DNA of 62,315 nt, counting the filler, from Circinaria calcarea (Eukaryota), in the NCBI GenBank assembly GCA_051942165.1. It is 4 parts of 4 records of this genome, joined end to end, with 100 filler letters (N's around TTAATTAATTAA, not from the genome) between each part and the next. Parts side by side here need not be neighbours in the genome. Positions count along the whole stretch, not along the records: positions 1 to 15,542 come from JAVECS010000361.1; 3 more parts are not named here. One strand, written 5' to 3'. The notes below the pieces were generated by a model. The model was not told the DNA's origin. It searched no databases and was given only the letters and a program-made list of their open reading frames with translations. Positions 1 through 13,327 of the stretch are shown one piece after another; within the stretch, counting starts at the first letter, position 1, and every line of letters starts with the position of its first letter. The translations under genes and the position numbers were made by a program.

Positions 1-753
1 AGTATTCGCGTCGCACCCCAAGCTGTCACACCTTTGGTGGAGGTGCTTCCAACAAGCAAAGAATCTGCATCCAGCTTACAAACGAGTTCACCAGCCACCA
101 CATTATCATCAGATATATCTCGTGTCAACGGTTATACGCAAGGTAATACGGAGCACAACGGAGATTATATTATATCAGTTTCTGGGGAAATACAAAACCC
201 TACTCCGAGTGAGAATCAAACGGACCCACAGATTATTCACCTATCAACACATACACAGACTACACGTGCCGAAGCTCAGGCGGATGTCAAGGTCAATCAA
301 GACAAGCATTTACCAGGTCCAACGCCGCAGAGTCGGGAATCGATTCATCCACATGTGAAACCACACTCCACCGGCCCTGCGAACGTGATGAGCGCAGATA
401 TCGAAGCTCCAGCTGCTGTCATACTCGACCAGCCAACATACAGTTTATGTGGGCCACAAAAGCCCAATTCAACGACTCCACGTGCAAACGATCAATCAGA
501 GCGCCAGGCCCAATCGCCTAGCCGCCCACTCCCGAGAGTGTTCCAATTTACACAGCCTCAAAACCCGTATAGTAATCCATTTATCGGATACTTTTTAGTG
601 CTCAATTTATTTTGCATGGTTGCCGGGCTGATCCTGGGTGAAATTTATTTTCTCTTTATGGCTAATGGCACGTCTGATCCTAGGTTCCTCTATCCGATCC
701 TGGGCGTCGGGCTTATTCTAGGTGTCCTCAGTGGGGCGCCGTCGATGGGGTGA
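1..753 (+). CDS. 3' part of hypothetical protein; Ser/Pro/Thr-rich region with two C-terminal hydrophobic helices
   Basis: Frame open from base 1 to TGA at 753; hydrophobic segments FIGYFLVLNLFCMVAGLILG and FLYPILGVGLILGVLSG. Confidence 0.45.
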   Translation, partial: SIRVAPQAVTPLVEVLPTSKESASSLQTSSPATTLSSDISRVNGYTQGNTEHNGDYIISVSGEIQNPTPSENQTDPQIIHLSTHTQTTRAEAQADVKVNQDKHLPGPTPQSRESIHPHVKPHSTGPANVMSADIEAPAAVILDQPTYSLCGPQKPNSTTPRANDQSERQAQSPSRPLPRVFQFTQPQNPYSNPFIGYFLVLNLFCMVAGLILGEIYFLFMANGTSDPRFLYPILGVGLILGVLSGAPSMG

Positions 754-3700
754 GGGCGTTATCGAAAGTAACCAGGATATTCATGCAACAGCTAAATGTC
801 TCTTTTTTCGGTGGTGCATTCCTTCGAAAATAAAGAAGCTTCCCTTACAGTTCCTTTGAAGAAGGCTGTTCAAATAAACCAGACATCCTAGGGATTAACC
901 CAGCCACAAACATCTAAAAAAACCCCGAGAAATGTAAACAGCGCCGAAGGATTCATATTCTCTACTCCTATCAAGACCAATAATCTAAACACCCAATCGT
1001 GGGCCCGTTCAGAGCTGTATTATTTGAAAATATCTGTTGTAAGATACCATTCCGAGCCGTCTCCGGACGATACTCCGGCGCATTGACTCAAAGTTTCGTA
1101 CTGTCCGCTCTAATCAGCGCAGGGGTGGAGCGGAGGGTGTGTGGATAGGGGGTCCAGCAAAAAGTAATTGAATCGCCGGAGAAGGAGGCGGGAAGACGAC
1201 GCTAATAAGACGCGCGTTTTCTTCTAATATCTCAGCCATCCCCCAAAATTTTTCCAGAAGCAGCATCATATAATCATACACATACACATTTCCCTGCCAT
1301 ATTGCGCCTTTTGCTTTTTAACCTCGCAGTGCCCTCTACCCTGTAATGCTTCTGCTTTTCTCTCGGGCCTACCACCAAACTCGTTTCGCATATTCTTGAA
1401 AAAAGTTCCGACTAGAAGATAGGACCACAGTGGAGTGAGCTTGATGGGCAGGAGCGCCGAGTACAGCTTCGTGGAGATCGAGAGCGTTGGGGAGCTTGAA
1501 TGAACAAAAAACCGCAGAGAATATGTACACGGGGCAGAGGAACATGTTTACATTGAGGGCATTTTTTCCTTTCTAAACTGCCCAGACTACCCTACCTACC
1601 TACTCGTGCTACCTTTCCCCCCTACTCGTTTTCATGGCACTCTTACAGAGACTGGAGTCGGGAAAACTATCGACTTCTTGAAATGGCATGCTGCCTAGGG
1701 TATTCCGTAGTCCTCCGTGCGCTATCTACATTGCTGAATCATAGGGGATTGATATCTTAGCGGAGGAAGTATATACCCGAAAAACTAACATGGTGGGAAG
1801 TCTCATCAGATTTTTTAAATTATTCGTCGGTTGAGAGCTTTGAACAGCCATTTCTCCAATGATAAAAAAAAATCAGCGTAACCAGTTTTGGCAGCCGGAT
1901 TGAAGTAACCGCGACGGCAAGGGTTGCACCCGAACTGCCAGCCAAGGTGGCCGAGTTTTTCTATTATTTGGGGAATCAACTTCCCCTTTCATTTCAATAC
2001 GAGGAGAGAAAGTATCAAGCGATGTCGTCGGCAGCTGCATGGCTGCAGAGCGAAAGAACACAAAGGGTAGGCAGGAAATCGCGCCGTAGAGACTCGATTC
2101 ATACTGGCGCTATTATGATGGAATTATTATCAGAACTCTTTTTGCTCGAACATCGGCACGTAGTTGGTAATTCAGCAGCAGGGCTCGGGGCGGGGAACTG
2201 GCGTAGTGTTTGAGTTTGGTGGTCCGGGACGAATTGATATTTGGGTAGGCGGAGGATAGAGCGGAGAAGGGGTAGAGGAGGTGGAGAGGAGGTGGAGAGG
2301 AGCCGGGCGACTGATATGGCTGGAGACGGTGAGGAGGTTCTCGGTAGGGGGGAGAGGTGTGAATGAGAGCTGGTGTTAATGATAGGAGGTTTCGTGTATA
2401 GCACAGGTTTGGGTGGCATGCTGTGTGACAGATATCAGAGCCATCTGGAATGTTGTCAGAGCCCCTATTCGTAGGACTGATATGGCCCTTAAAACAGGTT
2501 GTTGACAGAAAGAAAAGCACATTCACACTAGGAACGCGAGAAAATGTCTTATTTTGGGACTGAAATGTTAGCAAGGGAGAATGACCTCCATAACGGATAA
2601 AGATCATAGCTCATCTGCCATATCCATGCTTTTGATTGCTAGAGTCACCTTCCTCATCTAATATTTCTAACCCCAACAATTCTCAAGCAGACTTAATACC
2701 CATCTCCGAGAATGAGGTCGATCACGTTGTATACCTATGCAATCCTCCGCATAACTCTTTCAATCCAAGCTCGAGTCACAACACTGTAATTTTTCCTTGC
2801 GCATTATCATGGAAGAATAAACTGGAATTAACGAGGTAGCAGTGGTCCGCCATGCAATATCTGCAAGAACGATAAAGCGATTTGCTGTCCAGCCGCAGTA
2901 TCCTTCGGCTCGAGACGGGCATTGTCCGCCAGCAGCAGTATAGGCAGCAGGGTACATGATTGCTTGAGAACAGATTTCAGAGTAGTACCTCGTATGGAGT
3001 TGATTTGCTGGCAAATTGGGGAATGAAAGGGGAATAATTTGGTCTGAAAGCTTGTCGGGAGATTTATTACCCGCTGAGAGATGTCGTTCAGCAGGTTATT
3101 CCATAGACACCCAAGTTATCCTAAACGGTTTTCTAGGACCACCGGGCGCTTGCTTTACTTTACTATATATAAAATCGATGATTCCCTCTTCTCCATGTCC
3201 AGTGTCTTGCATGGAGTCAGCAATGGTTTAGAGAGACTGATATATTGATTCATAAGCGCAAGGGTGGCAGTTAATGCCTGTTTCATAAGATATCTGGCTT
3301 GGTGTCACGTTCCTATGCGATTTTGGGAGAATAGAAGTATTCTCAAGGGATCCTGAATCCCATTTGACAAGGTATCCGAGCAAAGCTTAGTGCAGTCACG
3401 TGTGATACGGTGGCCGAACTTGTATGGAAGCCAGTCCGAATACGGAGCACGGAGAGTAGATATTCCAGACTTTGTGCTCCAAAGCAATCTTGGATCCCGA
3501 TTCTTCTACTACCGGACTCGATCAGTACTCACAGTCTAATATAGACGTTCCACAGTCATACCTAAGATTAATATTATTAAAGCAATGCGAGCTTCCTGAA
3601 GCGAGCAGGCCAATTTCAACATCCAGAAAGTGTGCCGCATACCTACTGCAGCCCGCCGGCTCAGATGACCCGATGGAGAAGATCGACAGTGCCGCTAGCT

Positions 3701-4022
3701 CAAAAGCATATTCGTATCTTAAAATAGAGCTTCCGACTGGTGAGGGAAGAAAATTGAGCTCCCCCCACCCGCATGACGCACGTTTTCTCCACTTATTTCT
3801 CCCGTTCTGTTTGTCTGTTGTTGTTGCCCTCTCTCCTATTACGGAGTATGTACTTTTACTCTCTCTTTTATTCTTTCTAATATCAATCTTTATTCTACTT
3901 AACCACACTCTCCTTACCTCGAACATAACTTGAGCTGCTTAACTTCTATACTGTACCTTTACATTTTGAGGCCCCATTCGCTGACTACCGTCTTTTATCA
4001 TCTAAATACCATCATCACCAAG

Positions 4023-4892
4023 ATGCATGCCCTATCCACCTTTCTCCCCCTCCTCGCCCTGACTCCACTCGCAACCGCCTACTGGAAAGGCTTCAATATA
4101 GGGGCCGATTTGCCCACTGGGGGCTGCAAAACACAGGCAGACTGGCAAAAAGACTTTACAACCATGGCCGGTCTTCCAGGCCGCTTCACATCTGCCCGCC
4201 TATACGCCTCATCCGATTGCAACACCCTCGCTAACGCGATTCCCGCCGCAATTGCTACCGGAACTAAACTTCTGGTCGGGGTTTGGACGGAGGATGCGGG
4301 ACACTACGCTGCCGAGAAAGCAGCTCTCGAAGCCGCGGTCCGGAAATACGGGCACGATTGGATCCTCAGTGTCAGTGTCGGAAGTGAAGATTTATACCGT
4401 GGAGACACCTCCGCCTCCACTCTCGCCCAACAAATCCACGACGTCAGAGGCATGCTCTCATCCCTCGGTGCCTCGGGCATCCAGGTTGGCCATGTCGATA
4501 CCTGGACCGCTTGGGTGAACAGCGCCAACACCGACGTCATCAAGGCCTGCGACTTTGTCGGTACGGATGGCTACCCGTACTTCCAAGCAGCGACCGCGAG
4601 CGACGGCTACAACGTCTTTTGGCAGAGCGTCCAGGACGTCCGGAATGTTGTCGACAAAGTGAAGCCGGGTACATGGGTCTGGATCACAGAGACTGGATGG
4701 CCTGCGACCGGAGCGAACTTTGGTGCCGCAGTTCCGAGTATCAGCAACGCGCAAATGTACTGGAAGAGTGTGGCGTGCTCGGCGTTTGCCCAGGCACATA
4801 CGTTTTGGTATACGCTTCAGGACTATACAAGTAGCCCGAGCTTTGGGGTCGTGGGTCCCGATTTCAAGCCGTTGTATGATTTGTCTTGCTAG
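4023..4892 (+). CDS. Secreted GH17 endo-1,3-beta-glucanase (EglC/Bgl2-like), no GPI tail
   Basis: Signal peptide MHALSTFLPLLALTPLATA; GH17 motifs CKTQADW, ARLYASSDC, VSVGSEDL, ITETGWP (both catalytic Glu). Confidence 0.9.
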   Translation: MHALSTFLPLLALTPLATAYWKGFNIGADLPTGGCKTQADWQKDFTTMAGLPGRFTSARLYASSDCNTLANAIPAAIATGTKLLVGVWTEDAGHYAAEKAALEAAVRKYGHDWILSVSVGSEDLYRGDTSASTLAQQIHDVRGMLSSLGASGIQVGHVDTWTAWVNSANTDVIKACDFVGTDGYPYFQAATASDGYNVFWQSVQDVRNVVDKVKPGTWVWITETGWPATGANFGAAVPSISNAQMYWKSVACSAFAQAHTFWYTLQDYTSSPSFGVVGPDFKPLYDLSC

Positions 4893-5877
4893 ATGGGGTC
4901 CTTTGCATTGGAGCTGGGACACGGAAGTTGTTTAGAGGGAGTCGGGTCCAGATTTTGAGGAAATTGTATACTACATATGTTCACACAAAGCTGCTAATGT
5001 AATAACATTTCGGATAGCACCTTTGAATCATCCCATCCACTATCCAGAAGACCTCTTACATCAAATGCAACATGCAAAGAACCCCCTAATCAAAACCTGT
5101 ATTGCCATACTTGCGACTTACCATAAGAAAATCAACCAACGCGCAGGCCAAAGTCTTGCTCCTTTGCAAATCGAAGGTAGCAAGCCACCTGCCAGATTCG
5201 TCTGGCAGGTTCAACGGAGGCAGCTAAGCAAAAGGCGCAGTCGACGACATCAACGGATAGGATCGCGGATGCCCCCCTCGCAAATATATCATAGTAGATT
5301 ATTCGTTGTAGCTATCTATGGTAACTCCTTGGCATGGTGCAGTTGCATTTGGTCAACAGATGGTTGATTGGCAGTAGTCTGTGGATGGTTTGTGTACCGT
5401 TTACGGGGCATGCCGTGGCAGGTGAAAGGGGTCCCAAGGGTTATCGACTCGACCCAATAGCCGGGGGCGGTGCATGCACCATAGCCCCGAGGTTTTGTGC
5501 TGCGGTCTACAGGCAGGCCGGGCTTAGAGTTGCCTTGTCTGCCTTGAACACTGGAATCTATTAGGAGATGGAACGTGATAAGATGGTGGATGCCACAGCG
5601 GTGGGCAACCGCTACTCCTGAGCGACTCGTAATTCGTGGTAATAGAGAATTTTAGCCCACCACCTGAACACGGTATAGATACAAGTCAACCCGCTTTGAG
5701 TATGGATACTGTTGCCCTCGTATTTCACACGCCTTGATCAGACATTTCACCAACCCCTGCTTCATATTGAGAATATCGCTGGCTCGGATACATCTTGTCT
5801 ACGTTGGGCATCATTGACCGCACTTAACACACTATCGGGTGTAACTTATACAGCTGTACGTCCACGGTTGTCATATT

Positions 5878-8800
5878 ATGGCCGACCCTCTCAGTGTTGT
5901 GGCCGGTGTTGCCGGCTTGCTCAGCCTTACGATCCAAGTCAGTGATCTCTATAAACATGTTCACGGGATCAAGAACGCCCCGAGAGACGCACAAGAGCTA
6001 GTAGATGAGCTGCAGTCCTTACGCCAAGTCCTCTTGAGCCTTAAGGTGTTTCTTGAATCGCAGGAGATGAAAGGGCATAAATTCAAGGAAACTTCTACAT
6101 TGCTCGGTACCATACACGGTTGCCAAACGAAGATTACTGAGCTTAAGCTTAAAGTTGAAAAACTCATCAATAAGCATGGCTTACCCCAGATTCTGGAGCG
6201 GTCGAAGTGGTATTTTCACCATGAAGAACGTGTCGAACTCATCACAACACTGCATCGATATTTGAATATATTCCAAATATCTCTTACGATTGATGGCATG
6301 TAAGTATGCTTTGAGCTGCTAATTGTGTGTTTATTTTACTTAACTGACTGGAATAGTAATCTTATGTCTAAGTCCATTGACGAAATTGCTCAAGATGTGC
6401 AAGGGCTGAAGGCTGCTATCCCAATTTTGACCCTCAGCTCCCAGACGATACGGCAGCAAGTAGAGAAACAGTTGGATCATCTCCAGTCGATTCTCTCACA
6501 GACTTCAGCATTAGCTGAGAAGGCTACTAAGGACTCAGAAATCCTTCATCGGTGGGATACGAAGTTTCGAGGTATTGACCCGGGACCTGAACGTGGTAAA
6601 TTAGACTGAACGCTTGTAGACAATGAGACTCGGAAAATACTGGACTGGTTATCCCCACTCGATTTCCACGCAAAGCAACGGGACACCTTCGCCAGGATGG
6701 AAAAAGGTACCGGAAAATGGTTTTTTGCAAATCAGACTTTCAGAGATTGGGTTGAAGGAAGCCAAAGGATAATGTGGTGTCCTGGAATTCGTAGGTTTAT
6801 TGAAGTTAAATTTAACAAATGCTTATTGTGCACCAGCGGGAGCGGGAAAATCGATGCTTGCGTATGTATCGAAGCTCAACATGAAGATAAAGACGAAGCT
6901 AATAACAATCAGATCGGCGGCCATTGATCAGCTCTGCCGGATTTATGATACGAATGATGTCGCTGTAGCATTCATATATTGCAGCCACAAGGAAAAAGAT
7001 GATCAGAGCTCGGTTAACCTGGTTGGAAGCCTGATCCAGCAGCTAGCCAGTCAGAAATTGAACATTTCAAAAGAGATCGTAACTCTCTATGAACATTACA
7101 GAGGACAAAGATGGAAAATGCGACCTAGTCTTGCCGAATTCTCCGAATTGCTACGATTTCAAGCCACTAGCTACAGACGAGTGTTTGTTGTCATAGACGC
7201 TCTGGACGAGTGCGACGAGGCAAATGATACTCGTGATAGCCTAATCACCGAGCTTCAGAAACTACCATCCAATGCGCAATTACTAGTAACTTCGCGACCT
7301 ATAGATAACCTCGGAGAAGCTCTCAATTGTTCGAATTGTCTGAGAATATTTGCACACAAGGAAGACATTGAGCTATACATAAATGCCCGGCTTAAAGCTC
7401 AGCCGCGACTAGCACGGCATATTAAGGCAGAGCCAACTTTGAAAGAGCTGATCATTGAAACTCTTGCTGCAAAGGCTAATGAAATGTAAGATTCTCTGCT
7501 CTGATCTACTACAGATGATCAAACTGATGTTTAAAATTCGTTAAGGTTTCTGCTTATTCAGCTTCAGATGGACTCTCTGGCACAGCACGACAACCGCAGA
7601 GATCTTCACAGAGCACTCGCTACATTACCCGAAGAGCTCGATTTAATATACAATGAAGCTATGGAGAGGATCCGAAGCCAATCCCGGTCAAAGACTAAGC
7701 GGGCTATACAAGTTCTGTCCTGGATTTCATGTGCTTTGACTCCTTTGACCGTTCAAGCTCTTGGCCGCGCACTTGCAATTGAACCAGATGATACATATTT
7801 CGACGAAGCAGCTTTGCCCGACCTTGACTCGTTAGTTACGGTATGTGCTGGATTAGTGACAGTTGATCAAGAAAGCCAATTTATTCGATTGGTCCATTAC
7901 ACTACTCAAGAGTACTTCGAGCGAAATGGTTACTTTCACTTCCCTAATGCGCATAGAGATATTGCAACAACATGTATCACCTATATCAATTTCACTCATC
8001 TCCCTCCAAAACGATCTGATACTACTGATGAGTACCGCTACTACTTTTCATTTCTCATTTATTCACGCGAAGACGTCTTTTTTGAATATGCTGTTAAATT
8101 CTGGAGCCACCATGCGAAATGCGTCCTCCAAGATGATTTGAATGATACAATAGTAAGATTTCTCAACCAAGACTCGGAACTTCACTGTTTGGAGCTTCAT
8201 AATCATGGATACGTTGTGTTCCGAAACTCAAACTGGTTTACCCCTAGAGAAATGTATGCAGGTGTAAATGCGTTGTGGGTTGCTGCGATGTTTGGCCTAG
8301 AGAAAGTCGTCCTATCTCTGTTGGATAAGGGCATAAGCGTTGGCAAAGCCAACGGAGGCTGTTTTTACCACGATAACCTGATTGGCAGTAAGCCGTTACA
8401 TGGTGCAGCATTGACTGGGGAGCTGGCTATCGCAAGGCTGCTCATCGAACACCAAGCCGACATTGAGGCAACGAACGCTCGTGGCGAAACAGCATTACAT
8501 GTTGCGGCTTCTAAGGGCCACGAAGGAATTATCGGCTTCCTATTAGAGCGTGGAGCGAACATTGATACTCAGGATTCAGATAACTACACTCCTCTGGCTC
8601 GTGGAGTTATTTCCTCGCGCCTCGCGGCAGCACGAATATTACTAGAGCATAATGCGAATACCGAGGTTAAACTCAAAAACGACGAGACACTGTTATGCTT
8701 TGCTGCTCAATGGGGAGAATCGGCAATGGTCAAAGTACTGCTTGAACATAATGCAAACATCGAGGCCAAGAATGCAGATGGCGACACTCCTTTATACTGT

Positions 8801-9763
8801 GCTGCTGCTCGCAGTAACTGTGTGGAGGTAGTTCAAGTACTGCTTGAACACAATGCGAATGTTGAGGCGAAGAATATGCGTGGCTGGACTCCTTTACTCT
8901 GTGCTGTTCGCCGTGACATTGTGGAAGCAGTTCAATTGCTGCTTGAGCATAATGCGAATACCAAGGCTAAATTCGAAAACGACAAGACACCGTTACGCTA
9001 TGCTGCTCAACGGAGAAAATCGGCAATGGTCAAAGTACTGCTTGAACATAATGCAAACATCGAGGCCAAGAATGCAGATGGCGACACTCCTTTACTCTGT
9101 GCTGCTCAATTTGGCTATGGGGAAGTAGTTCAAATACTGCTTGAGCATAATGCGAATATCGAGGCCAAGAATATCAAAGGTAACACTCCTTTACTTTATG
9201 CTACTCGTTTTGGCCATGGAGAAGTAATTCAAATACTACTTGAGCATAATGCGAACATCGAGGCCAAGAATGCAGATGGCGACACTCCTTTACTTCATGC
9301 TGTTCGGAGATACCGTGTATCTACAGCAGTAGTACATGTGCTTCTTGAACATAATGCGAACATCGAGGACAAGAATGCATGTGACGATACTCCTTTACAC
9401 CTTGCTGTTGAGAATGGGGATATCGAAGTAGTACAGGTGCTTCTTGAACATAACGCGAATATCGAGGCCAAAGATGCACATAACGAGACTCCTGTACTTC
9501 GTGCAGCTCGTTTTGGGCACATAAAAATAGTTCGAATACTGCTTGAACATAATGCGAACATCGAGGCTAAAACCGCAAACGGCGAGACTCCTTTATACCT
9601 TGCTATTCGGAAAGAGTGTGTCGAAATTGTTCAACTACTACTCAAATACAAGGCCGATACGGAAGTACTAGACAACAGGAGCAAAGATTTTTTGGATTAT
9701 TGCAAGTCAAGGTCGGAGATAGAGCAGTTTATCATACATCACAGGCAGACGTTGAGAGAATAA
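5878..9763 (+). CDS. Fungal NLR: HeLo-like/fungal STAND N-terminal domain + NACHT + ankyrin repeats (6 exons)
   Basis: Introns 6300-6356, 6572-6619, 6791-6836, 6862-6912, 7486-7545 give one frame; N-term MADPLSVVAGVAGLL; ILDWLSP; Walker A GIPGAGKS; Walker B VFVVIDALDEC; RLVHYTTQEYF; about 12 ankyrin repeats. Confidence 0.92.
8570..9660 (+). repeat. Highly conserved ~99-bp ankyrin-coding tandem repeats
   Basis: Recurring cttga(a/g)cataatgc(a/g)aa(c/t)atcgaggc; 8718-8794 identical to 9018-9094. Confidence 0.9.
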
Positions 9764-12700
9764 GGGGAAAGGGGAATGGACGGCACATATTGTTGAGCAG
9801 CAATATGTGTGGTTGCATTACTACCTGAGTATGTAACTATCTAAGCTATCTATGCAACGAAAAAGTGCTTTTATGATGTATGTGGAAGTGTTGAGCATGG
9901 ACCTCCTATGCAACACATGCCTCGGTAAGCCCTATGACTTCCAACACATATACCGCTTTCCTATCTTTTCTAACCTATATCAAGCAATCCCGGCGCTAGG
10001 GGCATCAAACCACGGTTCCACCTCAGGAAGCTATTCCATCCATCACACCTTAGTTCAAACAAGAAAGCCCGCTACCGTCAAGGTATAACCAATACTCATC
10101 AATCATACCAAGATCTTTTCGAGCCATTACTCGCCTAAACCCAGCTACCACCAACCTAACCAGATCCTCGAAGCACACTTCATCCATTCCAGACCAAATA
10201 TCCCTTCCATCACCAACGAACCACAAGTTATCCTTGGAAACTTGTATTTCCGCCTGGGAAGCGCCTGCGGCTCCGAGGGGATTTATGCAACAAGCAGTCG
10301 CGAGAGTATCGGAAAGGTTGAAGGGGAGTAAGGGTGGCTTGGAGTGTGAACGGGGAGCTTGGGTTTCAGACCCCGTGGGTTGGGGCGAGGGAGTTGCGAA
10401 AATATCGATTTTCGTAAATACTGCATCTCTTTGTGGGGACTTCACGAGAAATTCGGTAACTGGATAGCCCCTGGCTCCGCAATTTGCTTTTTGCAAACCG
10501 TTTGAAAAAGATTTTCAACTCGATGTTTTCCACTCCAAAGATACCTAACCGGGAACCATGCAAGAAAATTGTCGGTAGAAACCAGCTAACCTAATCCCCG
10601 AACCTACTTCCTTAGTGCGTTTTCTTAAAATCCGAAAGCATGGAAATTCCCCATTTTTTATCTCACTAAACTAGGGAAAGGGCGAAGATCCCTGACTCCT
10701 GAGAGTGTTTTCTCTTCCTTCCCTCTCTCAATTCAATTCAAACGCTTATCTACCCTTGTATTCCCCCTCCCCCCTCGTTCCCGCCTGCTTGGCGGCTCAT
10801 GTCCCTTACTTACTGCCTTATATTTCATAAACCTCATGGTACTGCTGATGACTCATACCTTGTTGTCCAAGACTTCGACTTCGCGCCTTACCTTGCCCGT
10901 TTGGTCCGCCCATCCGCATCCAAATTTCAACCGAGCGTTTCGGGTTCGGAAGGCCCAATTTTGCTATATCGTCACTTTTTTTCCGGGCTTCGCGCCCGCT
11001 TTCTTTCGCTTTGGCAGTTCGAGTTCCGGGCGCCAGAGTGTTTCGAATTTCTCATACTAGTAAGCCTCCCTGCTCCTCCCATGGCTACGGCTGCGATGTG
11101 GGGATCTGAGGCATGGCATACAACCATGGGGCTAACTGCGTGAGGTAGTATGCATAGCATAGTTGCATGCTTTAGTTTGCATTAGCAATGAAAAGAGGAG
11201 GAGAGAAAAAGGGGGAAAAAAGGGGCTATTGAGCCACTGACGGGGTTGGGTCAAGCGAAACCCCTATATTTTCGAAATTGCATATGCTTTTCTAATGTGT
11301 ATTGCTGTTTTACATTTTTTGCTACATGCTATATATACTGCCTTGATGCCCATATGGGATAAATGGATCTTCAGATAATGCGATCATTTAAAACCGGTAT
11401 GGCTTAACTATTCCACCACAGAGCTAGAAATCCCAATACGAATGAAGTTGTTTAGTACCGATTTTGGGCGATGTGTGATTCCCATACCGACCCTTGTGCA
11501 CCTTGGGCTAAGTCCGGTAGAAACGATGGGGCTACATTTGCGTTGGAGATTCTTAGAGGGACGGGTTTCGAACAGATGACGAGATGGAAAGTTGAGGGGC
11601 CGGTCAAAGGAGAGGGAGGGTCGGGTGTGCGTGTTTTGAAGATTTCGATCAACTCTTCCAAGGGGGGTGGTTGTTGACGGATTTTTCACCCCTGTGAGAG
11701 GTAGAATGTTGAGAAACCGATGGGGGTTTAATGAACGCTTTGCTCGATATCAACAGGAAGAGTTGGCTGGACTAAACTTCCCCGAGGGTACCTCGAATGA
11801 AATGATGATGGTGCAGTCGAAATTTGGAGAACTGGTTACAATTGGACGCTGGCTATCGATAATCACTGTCGATGTGACGGAGTGGGCAGTGTACATGTTA
11901 CAGGACGTAGGTGATATACTAGATGTATGAGCTGTTTCTATCTGGAAGTTATCACAGAGACGTATAGAATAAGCCCAGAATAGAAAGGTAGATTCGAGGA
12001 TATTAGGTACTTCATGGTTAGTGTAGATAGTAAACACGGGTATCAAAGTCAGACGCACGGTTCGCCTGGGCTTCCTATGCCAGACTGCGTCTCCTGCTTA
12101 TCCTATACACCGCACTGGTGATATCTATAACAACGTAGCACTCGCCGCACTGAATTTCACTAGCGACATCCGCTAATCCACTTTGAAAGGTAGTACTACT
12201 AGTTGGAGGGAGAGTTTGCCTGGCCTTCGACAGCAGACACTGTAAAGGTACCTGGCAAACGAGATGCTACAGTGTTTAAGGATCAGTAAATGAATCTTGT
12301 TGCGCATTTATGGGTCTTCCTTTTGTGGCAAGCTTGTCTATAACATTGCTATGAAGTATAATACTAGATTACATGATAAGCGGGAGTGTGGGTACATGCC
12401 GAAAGCAATACCAAGCAGTAATCTAAATCCAGTATTTTAACAAGATAGTAATGAAAATCGGTGCATTGCCGATTGATTTATGTAGGACTCGTCTAGCGGC
12501 TGCGGTTCTGACGTTATGTGAAACGAGTAAAATGAGTTGACGACATGACAGCCAGAACAACTGCAAGTCGGTGCTTGGAAGCCAGGAAGATCCAGCGTCA
12601 ACCAACGATCAACCATTAAAGCCCCGACCCACGGCACTTGTATTGACTTCTATTGAAGGTGGACAGACTGAAACCCAAGAGTCGAACACACAAGCTTTTC

Positions 12701-13327
12701 ACCACCTGCCTGTAGAAGATGGCCCCGGTTTCAGCTCTGGATTTGTCAGCAGTGGCTGTGGTGATGCTTATCAAAGTAAGCCTTATTATTCCTGATCTAA
12801 GTCAGTGGTAGCAAAAGGATCATATAGCTTGATTGCTTTAAGCTTTCTGGTCCAATTGTTTCAAGGATTCATCGTAGGGCTTCCCAGATGTGCTCCGTAA
12901 GCGCTAAAATATCCACAAGACATAACCAAGCCTATCATCTGAGTCCGGGTACGATTGGAGCTGTCAACAGAAATATGGCTGTGAAAACGTATAGCCTTGC
13001 CGCGCTGTTTCCACGGTGACAAAAGTACACTGTTCAAGAAGGTGGAGACCTCTCATGGCAAATAAGCAGAGAGGGGTGCGTCGGTGCTGACGGTGGTACT
13101 CAACTCGCGCATTGCTGATCGTGTTGAATGTCCTAAATGCGCAACCGTGTCAAGCTGCCTGAGGTTTGCTGATTCGTGTAAACAACGTCGAAGATCAACA
13201 GCTGGTTCCTATCGGGATCGTAGTGTAGTTTCAAGTGCTCTTCTTGCTACTGGCGCATGGACATGTCTTTTTGTGAGGCTGTCGAGCTTAGCCGTGGCGG
13301 TATCCAATCGCGATCACCGTGTCTGAA

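Noticed and set aside
1873..3933. Short overlapping ORFs on both strands
   Set aside because: No recognisable motifs or convincing gene model
8570..9660. Repeat/spacer-like periodicity suggestive of a CRISPR array
   Set aside because: In-frame ankyrin-coding repeats in a eukaryotic gene
10050..12800. ORF 10050-10496 (minus) and ORFs near 11471-11930
   Set aside because: May be degraded genes but no family or splice model could be supported
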